A stretch of DNA of 64,000 nucleotides from Veleropilina oligotropha. Taxonomy: Eukaryota. The notes beneath the pieces are model-generated. The model searched no databases and had not been told where the DNA came from. It saw only the letters and a list, made by a program, of their open reading frames with translations. The translations under genes and the position numbers were made by a program. The DNA lies in contig JBEUKZ010000064.1 in NCBI GenBank assembly GCA_048128005.1, forward strand, positions 372,001 through 436,000, in the 5' to 3' direction. Positions 36,622 through 50,540 of this stretch are shown one piece after another. Numbering within the stretch: position 1 is the first letter of the stretch; each line of letters opens with the position of its first letter.

Positions 36622-37625
36622 ATGATGGGACACGTGGGAGCACCCCATATTGACGTTGTGGCATGTTAACCCGGTGTCAGCGATGGAGCATGTGAGCACC
36701 GTATCAGCGATGGGACACATGAACCCCTTATCTGAGATGGGTCATGCGGAGTACCCTGTATCAGCGGTTGGACACATGAACCCCTTATCAGAGATGGGAC
36801 ATGTAGAGTACACTGTATCAACGATGGGACACGTGAACCCCTTATCAGAGATGGGACATGTAGAGTACCCTGTATCAACGGTGGGACACGTGAACCCCTT
36901 ATCAGAGATGGGACATGTAGAGTACCCTGTATCAACGGTGGGACACGTGAACCCCATATCAGAGATGGGACATGTAGAGTACCCTGTATCAACGGTGGGA
37001 CACGTGACCCCTTATCAGAGATGGGACATGTAGAGTACCCTGTATCAACGGTGGGACACGTGAACCCCATATCAGAGATGGAACATGTAGAGTACATTGT
37101 ACCTGCGGTGGAACTAGTAAACCCGTTATCAGCGATGGGACATGTAGAGTACCCTGTATCAGCGGTGGGACACGCGAACCATTTATCAGAGATCGGACTT
37201 ATAGAGTACCATGTATCTGCGGTGGGACACATGAGCCACTTATCAGAGATGGGACATTGACATGTAGAGTACTTTGTATCAGCGATAGGACACGTGAATC
37301 CCTTATCAGAGATGGGACATGTAGAGGACCCTGTATCAGCGGTGGGACACGGGAACCCCTTATCAGAGATGGGACATGTAGAGTACCCTGTATCAGCGGT
37401 GGGACACATGAGCCCCTTATTAGAGATGGGAAATGTAGAGTACCCTGTATCAGCGGTGAGACACATGAATCCCTTATCAGAGATGGGACATGTAGAGTAC
37501 ATTGTATCAACGGTGGGACACGTGAACCCCTTATCAGAGATGGAACATGTAGAGTACACTGTATCAGCGGTGAACCCGTTATCAGCGATGGGACACGTCA
37601 ACCCCAGGTAGACATGTTGACCCCA
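36622..37625. repeat. 57-bp minisatellite built from alternating 27- and 30-bp related subunits
   Basis: GTGAACCCCTTATCAGAGATGGGACATGTAGAGTACCCTGTATCAACGGTGGGACAC repeated, with degenerate ends. Confidence 0.93.
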
Positions 37626-37683
37626 CATAGTAAGTTCCTTGGACTGTGTAATACCATGGGAAATTTGTTTGTTCCACGTTTAA

Positions 37684-37905
37684 AGGGGCACTGTATACAT
37701 TGAAATCAAGGAAAATCACTGCAGTTAAATTTTCTCGAACGAGGATGTGACTAGTTATATAACCCTTATCTAACGTGCGATAGTTTCGTGACTTAATTGT
37801 CGTGTCAAAAAACATGGACAAGTCAACTTAGAAAAGCGTAAAATCATAACAGAACAGTGGGACATACTAAAATGTGGGATGCGTTTTAGGGTATAAAGTG
37901 CCCCT
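37684..37905. mobile_element. MITE with TTAA TSD (Kolobok-like)
   Basis: TTAA|AGGGGCACTGTATAC ... GTATAAAGTGCCCCT|TTAA. Confidence 0.8.
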
Positions 37906-40242
37906 TTAAAGTAGGCCTATATTAGTCACCATTACCAAATGTCTGTCATAATCAATTTAGAAATATTATCATTATTATATATACTGAACTTCATAGGCCT
38001 ACATGCTGAGCTAATGAATTCGACGAAATAGCTACCGCTGAATCGTTCCAAGATCTGAGGGGTCGGTTCGCATCATCATCGGATGATCCCTATAAGTCTG
38101 CAGTCCAGCGTCACTACTCGGTCACCTACACAGAATCAGAATGAATTGATATTATGGAGTGTTCGATGCGGATTCGCGTTTAAAATACGGCATATCAGAT
38201 CTTGGGACCACTTAAATCATCGATGCTTTATAATGCCACCGATATTAATAAAAAATACAAACTAATTGGAGTGTCAGAACTCTTGTTGAACGCATGCAGT
38301 CCAGGCCATGTAAAACGAGATGAATGCTGGGTCATCTCAACAAGTACATCCCGGTATTTGAAGTTACAGAATTGGCTCAAAATGCACTGCGTTAAAAGTA
38401 CATACTAGTAGTATAATACTACATGTATAGTAGAAGAGTTTATACTCAACCGACGGAAAACCACTTATCTTCAGGGGTAATTTCAGAAGGTTTAAATTGT
38501 GTTATCAAAACAGATCTTAATGTATGAGCGTATTGTATCCGTGTATACGGTTAGCAGCTGAAATATCCGCGCTGTGTTTTCATACAATTTGCGGCATATT
38601 TCAATATTACTCTTAACCAAAGCTCAAATAATTGAATAACCGATAAACCACTTAAAATGTGTTTCGAGAATCTCGTTAGCACCGGCGAGGCTTTATGAGA
38701 GCTGTTGAACAGGTCTAGGCGGCCGACAATTTTATTTAACCTCTATGTTGACATACGGCTCAGATAAACCAAGCTTAGATTGGCCAAGTTTTCCAGGGCA
38801 TTTTGTATGTTGACACGGTGTATTTAGAATGAAAACTACACACATAAGAAGCAATGCACGATATAGACACTTTATCTGATCATAAATATATCCCATGAAT
38901 GTCCAACATTAACAGCGCTACGCCAACTCAATGACATTAACAATGCATAGACAATATGCGACGACAACAACAGTTTCAAATGCGGGACAAAATTACACAT
39001 CGCCTCTTGTGGTTAAATCAAAATTTACAACCGTTGTAAAATGTGTTTTAATATGTACAATGGCAGATGATGTCAATTAACGAATAGCAAAGCCAATAGC
39101 AGTACGATTTTGTTGAAATATCAGCGATCGCAGACAACGACGACTATTGTCGCCATGTAAAATGTTTCGTGTGCATATACTACTATTAATTGCAAATATT
39201 AAAAACTTTGTGCCCAAATGGTCGACAAATTATTCTTTTATACCATATTCATGGCATGCGCATTAGTCAACAATAATTTTTTTTAATAGAAACAGGACCT
39301 GGTGTGCAAAGATTTTATCAATATTAAATGTGAAACTGTCAATGTTCGTAAAGAAATATACATCAGTTGCGAAGTTCGCTTTATACTAGTATTTCGTTGT
39401 GTCGAATAAGCTTAGCTGCAATATATCGCAAGTACATAAGTCATTCGTATCGTAGATAAAATATAATTGGCAACATAATAAGAACCACGGATCTTTCAGC
39501 GAATGCAAAAATGCCATAATTTATCGTTAGTCTGTCAGTCTAAAGATATCCGCGAAGTATATTGATTATTTAGGCCACGGTTGCTTCCGAAAGAAATGTC
39601 TTGGAAACCGTGGCGTGCCAGGAATTTTGCTATTGGCTTAGCTATTCGTAAATACAGTAGACATGTGAGAGGCTCGCAGATAACTGTCAAAATGTGGGGG
39701 AAATTCTCAGAGGTCGAGTTCGCCTTGCTGTCAATGTCGCTTAGACGAAAAATGATGCTGAACAGACACGCAACTCCTCTCTCATCGCAGGCGCACAGAC
39801 ACAGGTCTTCGTTACCATGCAGAACACAGGCAAAACAGATATATACAATCTAGGAAGGAATACAAGGCTCTGACAGCAATGCGAAGTTACCTTAGAGACA
39901 TTAATTTTTACTCGATCTTCTCATATATAGATTTATCGTTTAATTATATAGTATTATATGATGCAAATTGAAGGACACTGATCGTCACTGATAGTTTCAA
40001 GGCAGGTATTGAAGTTTGAAGGTATTTTACATCTGTCTAGAATAAGCCGGAGAGAAACATATTTATATAGTTACCAGACTGCATTGATGCTGCCTCGTGA
40101 TAACAAGCAGTAACAATGGTAAACCCTGGGTTGAGTATTGACATGACATAAGTCTTTGGCGGGACTTTCCTTGTCCAAGTCTAGTGTTGATAGGATTTCA
40201 TAATCACTACCGCACATACGGCTATATACACATATCTACACA

Positions 40243-41943
40243 TCACAACACGACTTCATTCGTCTCTGTTTTAGTCCTCTTTGATTTATCCATTCGCGAG
40301 GAGCGGCTGGGTTGCGCCACAATTTGATATTGATGACTAGGTAGAGAATAATCGATGGATTTTCTGTCTTTGCTCTGAAAGCATATTTTTCGTAAGAATT
40401 TCCGCCACGAATGGATCGTTTTGGCGGACCACGTCCATATTCCACTGGTAATTCCAACAACCAGAGACATAAACACTTTTAACATAAAAATCTCGATGTT
40501 AGGCGAGCTATTGGAGTGCCGACTGTACCAGTCCTGGCGATTTGTATACTCGTACAGTAAACACGCGATCACACACGCCGCCGGCACCGTGTACAACACG
40601 GAGAAGATGCCGATGCGAACCATTAAGACCTCGAGTTTCTCAATTTTAGATCCATCAGCTCGCACGTGTGTCCTGGATCGAAATAACAGTACAAATCCCG
40701 CTACAAGAAACGATACCCCCAGCAGCAAGAACGCCACGAGGGGAGCGATTGCAAATCCCATGAGGGTGTGCTTGTTCTGGTTGCCCACGAAGCACACACC
40801 GGTGAGTTCGTCCGCGTCCACGTCCCGCATGACGAGGATGACGATGGTCTTGATGGCGGGCACGGCCCACGCCACGAGGTGGAAGTAGCTGCTGTGGAGC
40901 TGGATCGCCTCGTGGCTCCACTTCAGGCCCGCCGAGAGCAGCCAAGTCAGCGTGAGGATGACCCACCATAGCGCACTCGCGCTGCCGAAGAAGTAGAGGA
41001 GCAGGAACACGATGGCGCAGTCGGTGTTCTCGAGGCCCTCCTGGATGAGGATGGGTGCCTTGGCCTGGCCGTCGTTGTCACAGGCGATGGACTCCCGACC
41101 CGCGATCAGGCGCACGATGTATGCAATACTGTATATATTAAAGCACATGGAGAGAAAGATGATGGGTCTCTCTGGGTATCGAAATCGCGGAGAATCAATG
41201 AGAAACGTCAGAACGGTGAAGAGCGTGGAAACAAAGCACAAGCACGACCATATCGCCATCCACACATCCGCAAAGTATTTATCCTCACGGCTAAATGCAT
41301 CGTTTTCCTTACAGAGAAGAGCGCATCGCTCAGTCCGGTTGATGTAGATGTATCTCTCCGGGTGGCGGAGATGCTCGCATGACCGCGGTCGCCTCAACCC
41401 GCCGGAGTACGGGCCATACGTTGACGTGCGATGGCGATTTCCTGGAATATAGACGTTATCATCGTTGTCAGAATAATGCGTGTCCGAGTTGTCCAGTTCT
41501 GGACCGTCCATGCACATATGATTGTGGTCGTTCCGTGCTGGAAATCTGGAACAGTTCAGTTTGTCCGGCCAGGGAAAGCCGAATTCGTGCAGCACCGGTT
41601 GGCATCGCTTCTTTACGTTTTCGCACATTGGTCGACAGGGTCCGATGGGTTCGTACACTTTCTCCGTACACATGGGCACGTATACTGAACACAAGAAGAA
41701 TTTCAGTTGCTTCGAGCACCCGTATTGAATGAGAGGGGCGAAAGTCTGTATGTACATCTCGGCGTCCTGTTGTTTATCGTCGCCGACCAGGTTCGGCATA
41801 CCCGTTACGTTATATCCAAGGCCCTTACACAAGTCTATCCGTATCGGGTCGCATTGGCGTACTATTTCAGCAGCCGTTACCGGACAAAGCCCATTTAACA
41901 CCAGCACAATGGCCGTAAACGCCGCCCGAGTCCAGCTGACCAT
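40243..41943 (-). CDS. fzd4: Frizzled-4-like Wnt receptor, 566 aa, uninterrupted ORF
   Basis: Signal peptide; cysteine-rich domain [58 protein letters not shown] of the Fz4 type; [13 protein letters not shown]; seven hydrophobic segments; KTxxxW motif (KTIHSW); C-terminus NEVVL. Confidence 0.96.
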   Translation of the reverse strand: MVSWTRAAFTAIVLVLNGLCPVTAAEIVRQCDPIRIDLCKGLGYNVTGMPNLVGDDKQQDAEMYIQTFAPLIQYGCSKQLKFFLCSVYVPMCTEKVYEPIGPCRPMCENVKKRCQPVLHEFGFPWPDKLNCSRFPARNDHNHMCMDGPELDNSDTHYSDNDDNVYIPGNRHRTSTYGPYSGGLRRPRSCEHLRHPERYIYINRTERCALLCKENDAFSREDKYFADVWMAIWSCLCFVSTLFTVLTFLIDSPRFRYPERPIIFLSMCFNIYSIAYIVRLIAGRESIACDNDGQAKAPILIQEGLENTDCAIVFLLLYFFGSASALWWVILTLTWLLSAGLKWSHEAIQLHSSYFHLVAWAVPAIKTIVILVMRDVDADELTGVCFVGNQNKHTLMGFAIAPLVAFLLLGVSFLVAGFVLLFRSRTHVRADGSKIEKLEVLMVRIGIFSVLYTVPAACVIACLLYEYTNRQDWYSRHSNSSPNIEIFMLKVFMSLVVGITSGIWTWSAKTIHSWRKFLRKICFQSKDRKSIDYSLPSHQYQIVAQPSRSSRMDKSKRTKTETNEVVL

Positions 41944-42199
41944 TATGGGTGATTACACGAATCGTAAAATCCAATAGTAAACATGTAATAAACTACTGTC
42001 ATCCCTCAGCGACCCCGGCTCTCGAGAGATCGCACCTAGAGCGCATGCTTACTCGCTAGGAAACCAGGTGGAACGTTCCATGGACGCGACTAGGGAAATA
42101 TCATCACTGTCGAATAAGCCAACACTACTGCACTGTGGGCTACTCGTAGCTCGGCTAAATGTAATCCGGCTAAACGAAGTGATAACGGAGCAGGCATAC

Positions 42200-42300
42200 C
42201 GCTAAGTAGATCGACTGGCCACTCTTTGATTTTGTACACATATGGACCAATCGCGTCGAGTTTATTCTAGTTAGCCACGCCCCATTGGGTGCCGAATGCG
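42200..42300 (-). promoter_or_regulatory. Putative fzd4 proximal promoter (TCF-type site, CCAAT boxes, GC box)
   Basis: CTTTGAT 42224-42230, CCAAT 42247-42251, GCCACGCCCC 42274-42283 and ATTGG 42284-42288 cluster about 280-350 bp upstream of the ATG. Motif evidence only. Confidence 0.5.
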
Positions 42301-43246
42301 GTCGTAACCATCAATCTTGATCCATTTCATGTCAATCACACCGGTGTCCATTACCCTGGCATTGAATCGTTGATTTCATTTCAATGGCTCTTTCAGCTCA
42401 ATAACGCGGCTATTGATATGTGCTGTTCAGCGTTGACGAAGCATTCGGGCGGACTCTTTTCACTTGTGTTTGCTGTATAGACTCGTGTGAGGCAGATAAT
42501 TGACCAAACAACGGGCGAGTTTACAGAACAAGTGTCCCGTTACCGCGGCGGTAACCCTAGCTTCGATCACAGAAGGCGTTTCGTCCTCGAAAAAATATCC
42601 AGCGACCAACCATTAAATTACACGGGTCGCTAATTCCCTTGAAATGGTATAAATACGTCATTACGCAACACAACAGTAGGTCTTGTTTGCTATCCACGTT
42701 TCGCGAAATCGCTCGATACGCCTTGTTTCTACATTTCGACGCCAGAAAAATGACTGACGTTTTACGCAATGAATTCCCACCCAGTTAACAATCGACATAA
42801 ACACTATTCAACTAATGTAAATAACTACATGCATATATACATATAGATAACAACACATACATGACATAACGAGTAGCACCGAGGTCTACAATGTCATGAT
42901 GTACTGTTCCACAAGTAGTCAGTCAGAATATCGTTGTTGCTATGCTGTCTGGTCTAGGGGGAGACAAATCTTGCATTACTAATGTGCAACACACTCATCT
43001 ATTTCAGAATGAAAATTTAATGCATTCTATATATTGATGTGACACTGATTCTCGAGATAAAATGAAGATGAAAATACGACCACTTCCAAAAGTTTTGGAT
43101 GACATCGCATTCGTACCCGGTTTAATGTTATCATCCAATCTGCCGTGTTTCTATCTAGGCCTAGACCAGTATCCGACATGGCCACTATCCACACACTGAA
43201 CAGACTCATCTTGCAATGCAACGTCCTTTTTGTTTCCGTTCCGTTC

Positions 43247-43424
43247 CGTGCGGGTTCGGTTGCAGACTCTGAAATCAATGGCTTGATTCAGCTGACACGA
43301 ACAGTAGTGGGTTCGAACCTCGGTTGGGATATTGGCATTATTTATTCAGTTCTGAATCACAGTTGTCCGTACTGGTCGGAGAAGGCTGATTTCACTGGGC
43401 GACCGGCCTTACACCCGCGATAAT
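43247..43424 (+). mobile_element. SINE-A copy (truncated)
   Basis: GGGTTCGAACCTC B-box, CACAGTTGTCCGTACTGGTCGG, CCCGCGATAAT. Confidence 0.87.
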
Positions 43425-43463
43425 CTGAACGTGATGGTTGTAAATAGGTTAAATATCTATCTT

Positions 43464-43467
<4 letters not shown>

Positions 43468-43559
<92 letters not shown>

Positions 43560-43594
43560 TGCATGCATGCATGCATTCATGCATGCTTGCATGT
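43468..43594. repeat. (TA)n followed by (TGCA)n microsatellite
   Basis: Simple repeats. Confidence 0.97.
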
Positions 43595-44212
43595 ATATAT
43601 AATAAAAAGTCTGTCATATGGCAGCGGACCCCGCCTGTCTCTAAATGATCTTGGTGATACACACTGGTTTCTACGAGTCAGTCGGTAAATTTTTTTTTAT
43701 CTCTGGCTGATTTTTTATGAGGACGACAAATGCACTTTTGATGAACAATCTAATTCTGTCTTTGAAACAAGCGTTTCATCATCCGGGCAGCTCTCACCCT
43801 GAACCGTCTAATTGACAAAATTTTAAGACGGATTATCGCCCTTGCACATGTTCGAGGTGGTGCAGCACGATACCTAATTACCATATGGTAAAGTTGTGGT
43901 CTTTGGACATGTCACGGATGAATTGGATTGAATTCAGAGTGCCACATATCGGCGTGATTTTCATTATTGTTGGTTAGATTTTATTCATGCGTTTTAGGCA
44001 TTTTCCATTCCACATGTGAAAATAAACCTCCTACTGTATAAATAATCGCGATGTTAAATATCTATGTATAATTAATTCTAATATATAATATTATAACATA
44101 TTTTACCATAAAACTCAAATTACGTTTGTGTCAATGTGCTTTGTGACGTTTTGGGGGATTATTTGCAACAAATTACATATCGTTTGGGGGGTGACAACCA
44201 TTATGACCATGA

Positions 44213-44328
<116 letters not shown>

Positions 44329-45164
44329 CATTAATCCATTTTGACCTAGTTTTCTTTTGTTATAACTGTTGATTATTCTACACGAATCCACTGCTACAAA
44401 ATCATTGTGTCTGCTTGAAAGACCAATTAAACAAGCGTTATGTGCATTAATTCCATGCTATGGACGATTCCATTCCAGAAAATGAGGAAAGCATGTTTAA
44501 CGCAGTATATAATCCAAAGAGGTAGATTTATCTGCGGACGAGTCCATTCTAGTACACTTGGACACTGAAAAGAAAATATTAATTATTTTAACGCGTAGAC
44601 AACATTTTTGCACTGACAACAAACTTCAAGCACATTAAATTCGTTACCCAAATGAAGAAAATGTAATACACGTTTAACGTTCAGAAGAATCTGGCAATAC
44701 TCCATATAATGCTGTTGTTCATATGAACGATGTTCCATTGCTCTACTTTGAAACGAACACCGAGAGCTATTTAAATATTATATCACAGAAATGTCGTTAA
44801 AATACAACATATATTTGCAATATTATACTATACCTGATGCTCTCTGCAGAGGTAAATCCCACGTGTGCTCTGGTCAAACATCTGAAGCCAAGTGAGCGTG
44901 CTTTGAAATGTACATCATCATGACGCACAAATATTTCGCCTTGCATGCCGGTATAATTGCACTTAACGAGCACATTAAACGTCTATTCATAACCATGATT
45001 AAGCGGCGCCTTCAACTAATTAGGAATGGGATCCGACAGGAGTTTTGGGAGAGTAAACCCCAATTCGTACAAAATTTCTATCGTATTGTTTTTAAATTGG
45101 CGATTTCATGTATATAATAATGTTTAAAATATAACAAATAGCTAATATTGTCAAAATGGATTAA

Positions 45165-45274
45165 ATAAGTTAACCAACTTGGGACTGTGGATTCTTGAAA
45201 ATTAATTCACTTGGGCCTGTCGGCCCGCGTGAATTATTTTTCAAGAATCAACAGTCCCACGTTGGTTAACCTAT
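45165..45274. repeat. 110-bp near-perfect palindrome (foldback mini-element)
   Basis: GTTAACCAAC.TGGGACTGT.GATTCTTGAAAAT..AATTCAC..GGGCC and its reverse complement around a short loop. Confidence 0.85.
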
Positions 45275-45508
45275 ACATATTACTTTCCTGGCGACCGAGT
45301 GGGTGACAATAAATATAATAAATAAATAATCTTTATTTAATTTCGATAACCCCATATGTCTAGCCTATTTTCATGGGGGTCGAATAACAACGCACGCACC
45401 TGCAATTCGCTGAATTTTGGGTTGTCCAGAATTCAGCGCTATAATGTGCCATGGGTTGTCTCCCATGTTTCGCAACCGCTGCATGTCATATTTGAATAAT
45501 AATCATAA

Positions 45509-47220
45509 TTAAAGCTGCGAGCAGCTGTGAGGGCTTCAATCAGATAAACGAAATAAAAAAAGACGTAAAATACAAAAAAATACAAAAGTTTAATTTAAAA
45601 AAAAAAAAATTACAAAAAAATACTAAATTTAAAAAAATATTTTTTATATTTTAAGATATACATATGGCCACTCTGAATCGAATGCCGCCAATCTTAGATT
45701 TCTACGCCGAAAGTGCTAGGGGGGCCGGAAAATTTTGAAACCTAGATGCTATGAAATCTATTATCTTGTGCATTAACCTATGATGGAAATTAAGAAGTAT
45801 CTATAATAATGAATGCGCAACTGGACTGACCAACAGAATATCAATGTTTTCACCATATATTAACAGTTAATGAATCATGTAGCCTTCTGTTGGCTAAATG
45901 TTTACTTAAGCCTGATAGCAGAACTTCTCAAGGGCCTTGCTGTCCACTGGACAGGGTTGCTACGCGGCTTTATGACACCTCAAAGAGACAGGCTCATAAA
46001 CTGCCTACTTCATCTGATAAGGCAATTAGCACTGAGCTGGTCGCGCCGAAATGAGACGAGGAATTAAAATAGTATTTTTTAAACAATGAAAGTACTTATT
46101 GTATTCTTGTCACAATTCTCTAATATAACGATCTTTATATAGTATATTTTATGCGAAAATCTGGAAGAAAAAGGACGATTTTTAGAGGCGCTATGAAGCA
46201 ATATTCATCTAAAAAAACTAAGTCTAATAACTCTCAAGCAACTCATTTTAGCGATGTATTCTATAGATATTACATTAGATATTTTCGATACGAATAAAAT
46301 GAATTGCGTCACGTTTCATATAAATGAAAATTAAAGAAGTTACAGTCAATTTAATATTAAATTTAATGTCTTCATAACTCCTTTTTAATTTGTCTCACAA
46401 AGTATTCCATTAGAACAACATATACCGATATAATGCTTTGTCAAAACTACCAAGTGTCGATAAGATCACGCTACTCAGTTCTGAGAAAAGCGCATTTTAA
46501 TGTTTTCAAAAAATCAAAGATTGCGACGAAACCATGGCATTTATTGGCTAAAATTTTGCGGCAAACATTACTTGATATCGATGCGCACTCACCCTGGAAG
46601 ATTGGAAAGATTTCGTGGAGTGCATTGAAAGATACTGCAGAAATGAAAAATTGAAAAAACTTCAAAATTTTGTCAAGATTAGGACGCCTGTAGCGATCTT
46701 AGCATTGAAAAAATGAAAATTTCATTTCTAAGAGATTGTTGTCTCAATAGTCTAGATCATGCCTTTGAAGATTTTGTCGCGATCTCGAAAGCCGTGTAAG
46801 ACTTATATCGTTTTTGAAAAGAGGTCATTTTTAATTTTGTCAAGATTAGGACGCCCGTAGCGATCTTAGCATTGAAAAAATGAAAATTTCATTTCCAGGA
46901 GATTGTTGTCTCAATAGTCTAGATCATGCCTTTGAAGATTTTGTCTCGATCTCGAAAGCCGTGTAAGACTTATATCGTTTTTGAAAAGAGGTCATATTTT
47001 TTTACAAAATTGAAGATTACGACCAAAGCATAAAATCCCGAAACTTGAAAATAGAACGAGGCAATGCTTCAATGATGTGCCCAAGCACACATGAATTTTG
47101 AAAGCTGTAGCTATAGCCGTTTTCGCGCTAAAGTGCCCACAAAAAACCGTCAGAATAAGAATAATAACCGGTACAATTTCAATAGGGCTTCAAGCTTGAA
47201 AGAGCTTGAAGCCCTAATAA
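45509..47220 (-). mobile_element. Non-autonomous Helentron-like element, 1.7 kb, with a 167-bp internal duplication
   Basis: 5' hairpin TAGGGCTTCAAGCT..AGCTTGAAGCCCTA plus (AAT/AAG) repeats at 47150-47220. A matching AGGGCTTCAA and the hairpin AGCTGCGAGCAGCT lie at 45513-45539. Duplicated block at 46671/46838. Confidence 0.75.
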
Positions 47221-47520
47221 TACTCCGGTCTTATATAGCGCTTTATTACGCTAGTGTCTCAATGCGCTGAACATTACCCCTGGTTATGGGCCTGTTCCAT
47301 TCGATATGCCATCTCAACTCCCTCTGGGAGCATTACAGTCATTTACACGCGGGTAGCGCCGTGACTTACATAACTGCGAACCAGGTACCCATTGAGATCG
47401 GCTGGGTGGACCGAGGCAAATATATGCTTATTTCCTTGCCCAAGTGAAATCGCCGAGCCCTGGGGACGAACGCGAGACTCTGTGACCAGAGTCCTGTGAA
47501 CAACCCACTGAGCCACGACG
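47221..47520 (-). mobile_element. SINE family C (CORE-like) copy
   Basis: Reverse-complement similarity to 16386-16742, with A-box TGGCTCAGTGG on the minus strand. Confidence 0.82.
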
Positions 47521-49258
47521 ACATTAATCCACTCCATGTCTTTGAGATTGCTAAAATCTTTTTAAACGTATTTGGCGCATCAATACTGAGGATGATCGGT
47601 TGGTTTAAGATCAGTGTACAATAATGACGCCATCAAAATTACATCACTTTGTGTTGATGTCACAATCAATAAGGAATTAGTTAGGCTACATTACATCATA
47701 CATTTCAAAATGTTGATAAATTAGCCGTGTCAAAAGTTTCATATACGCTACACTTTTATATGCGTATAAGTGTTTATCCAATTTCATGCAAACCAAAACG
47801 AGACGTACTCGGTAGTAATGCATTGTATAGTGAAAAGCAGTCTACACATATCTAGAAAAATAGTCTGGTCCTTTTAATACATGGATCGGATTAGGATTAG
47901 CCAAGTGGTTTAGACGTTTGACCACAAAATCAGTTCAACCTCATGTTTGCCATTGGTTTAAAATTATCGTTACTGTCTCCTTTGCACATGTCGTGATGAC
48001 GTCAATTTATTTCAAAATCGAATGTTCATCGATCCGATTATGAATGTCAATGCCGGTATAGGTTACATATATTCATATAAATGCCATCTTGTCCGAGTAC
48101 TGACAAGTGAAAATAAGGAATATAGTTTGCACAAAGGTAGAACTTTTGTCTTTTTTAGTTTTTTAATATTAGAAATGATTTATATAAGTTAAATAAAGAT
48201 AGTAATCGGACGAAGAAGATCAACGAAGAACACTTGCAATGTAAACATCCCCATTGTAAAAAGGCCACTTTAAAAAGGGCTAGGGTAAAATATTCTACCA
48301 TGGTCATTTTTACCCAATGTAATTTGAAATTCATTGACAGTAATTTATTTGATACATACTCCTGATTACATTGAGCAGATGACATAATATTGCTTTCTCG
48401 AATTTTCTGTCTAAGGAATATATTAATCTATTAACAATTAATGCTCAACATTATCAAGTCAATATACAAAGATACGACATGACGCGGTCATCTTGCTTAC
48501 TCCTGTCAGAAATTCAAAATGAATTGTAATTAACTGTAATGTGCAATCATTATCTTCAATTACAGGTGGTGGAAACAAACGAAATAATTTCAAGAAAACA
48601 AACAAGTCATTTCAGAGATCCATTATGCGAAGTATCAGAAAGTAATAGGTTGATTCACCTGATCACACAAACACAAATGCAATTCATTAACTCTAAACGA
48701 ACTCGTCCTGTTACTGACAACTCGTATAATAGGGGTACAATGAGTTAGACTGTAGCCATGTGCATTACATTGTGATTACACAACTTCCAGCTATTATGAA
48801 ACAATAAGTGAGGATTTCCGATTGTTTGTTGTGCTGACTTGGTGGTGCGTGCCACTAGCTCTACGATACGTGGTTAATTATATGTCTATTAAGGTAGCAA
48901 GCACGAAGATTAATATGCAAAACACTTGTCTTACATCGTTGGATTTGACGAGGATATATAAATAGCACAATAATTATTATTCTTTACCACATATTAAATT
49001 TATATAACATACCAGAGAGCGTCAATCGTCTATGTGAGATTAATGTACTCGTGTTTCAAAGGAAATGTTTTAATATCAAGTATAGGCCTAACTATAGTAT
49101 TCGAGTAACTATATATGAGAATGCTTAGTCTGAATGCCAATTTCGAAATAGTAAGCCCTCGACATACTGATCAAACCCTAATTTCTGATATTGAAATTCC
49201 CCTTTACATTTGATTGAGTTGAAAAGGAAAAAAAATATCATTTGTACTGTAAAATGAA

Positions 49259-50540
49259 TTAAAGCTGCAAGCAGCTGTACAGGGCTTCAAGCTAAGCTAA
49301 AAAGTTAAAGTCACTGTGTGCCATCCAAAGGGTATGCAATATATCAATGTCAAAATTTGAAATTTAAGTCTGTCATAGACTAATCATTGACTAACACTCA
49401 TGATAATTATTCATCTTAGATGTACTGTTTGCCTTTACAATATTTAGCCGTTCTGTGAAACAATAAGGAAAAACACTTCATCGGAAGCATTTGTTAAAGC
49501 GTAGGAGGTATGTGAAAGTTAATCAGCGTCTTGGTTGGCAACATTGTTTTTTACAACCACTTTTGGCAATTTTTCAGCCGAATCGAAGTCTGGACACCCG
49601 GTTTATTTAAGGTCACTGTCCGATCCATCCTACATACATTTGGGATAAGCCTCCTAATATTTTAAGCGTTATAACAACTTGACTCAGAAAACTGTGAAAA
49701 TCGATAGGCGTCGTGTCCTTATCATACCAAACGTGTATATCAAATTTGAATCAAATCAGATTAGAATTGTTCAATATAGAGCGCACATAAGAAATGTCTT
49801 CAAACAAAATGGCTGCCATCTTGAACTCAAAATCAACAAAAATAGTTAGGCGGCGTTCACCATAAGTATTAACTAATGTGCATAACTAATTTGAACCAAA
49901 TGAAGTAGAACTTTTCACTGCACACATGAAATCTCTTCAAAACATAATGGCCACCAGAGCAGCCATCGTGAAACCGAAAAAGGTGAAAATCGTTAGGGTC
50001 ATGGCCTCATCATACCAAACATGTATATCAAATCTAACTGGGCGTCATGTCCTCACCCAAACCAATGCACATACCCAATTTGAAAACATTATGTTAAGAA
50101 ATGGGCCAGTTATGGCAAATTTAAATTCTTTTTCGAAAATGAATTTTTTTTCGAAAATGTAAATTTTCGAAAATGTTGAACAGTCTAACGAAGTTTGAAC
50201 AGTCTAGTCAAAGCAGAATAAGAGTTCTGGCAAATTTATTATTTTTTTCACAAATTTAAATGTTTTTCGAAAATGTAAATAATTTAAAAAAAATTCTGAA
50301 AATATTATTTTTTTTCGAAAAGGTTGACCAGTCTAGCGAAGTTTGAACCGTCTAGTCAAAGCAGAATAAGAGTTATGGCAAATTTATTATTTGTTTTCGC
50401 AAATTTAAATGTTTTGAAAATGTAAAAAAATATTTTCTTTCCGAACATTTCATTTTGTTTTCGAAAATTAAATTTCGAAAATTTAAATTTTCGAAAACGG
50501 TTGAACAGTCTAACGAAGTTTGTCCAACCTCTGTGTAACA
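49259..50540 (-). mobile_element. 3' part of a second element of the same Helentron-like family, with internal tandem repeats
   Basis: TTAAAGCTGCAAGCAGCTGTACAGGGCTTCAAGC terminus, repeated CATACCAAAC.TGTATATCAAAT blocks, and repeats of about 155-170 bp at 50175-50525. Confidence 0.65.

Noticed and set aside
36650..37703. Repetitive ORFs up to 320 aa on both strands
   Set aside because: A by-product of a 57-bp (multiple of 3) minisatellite, with frameshifting indels and open frames on both strands.
40421..41977. Antisense and alternative-frame ORFs over fzd4
   Set aside because: Expected shadows of a GC-rich CDS, with no recognisable domains.
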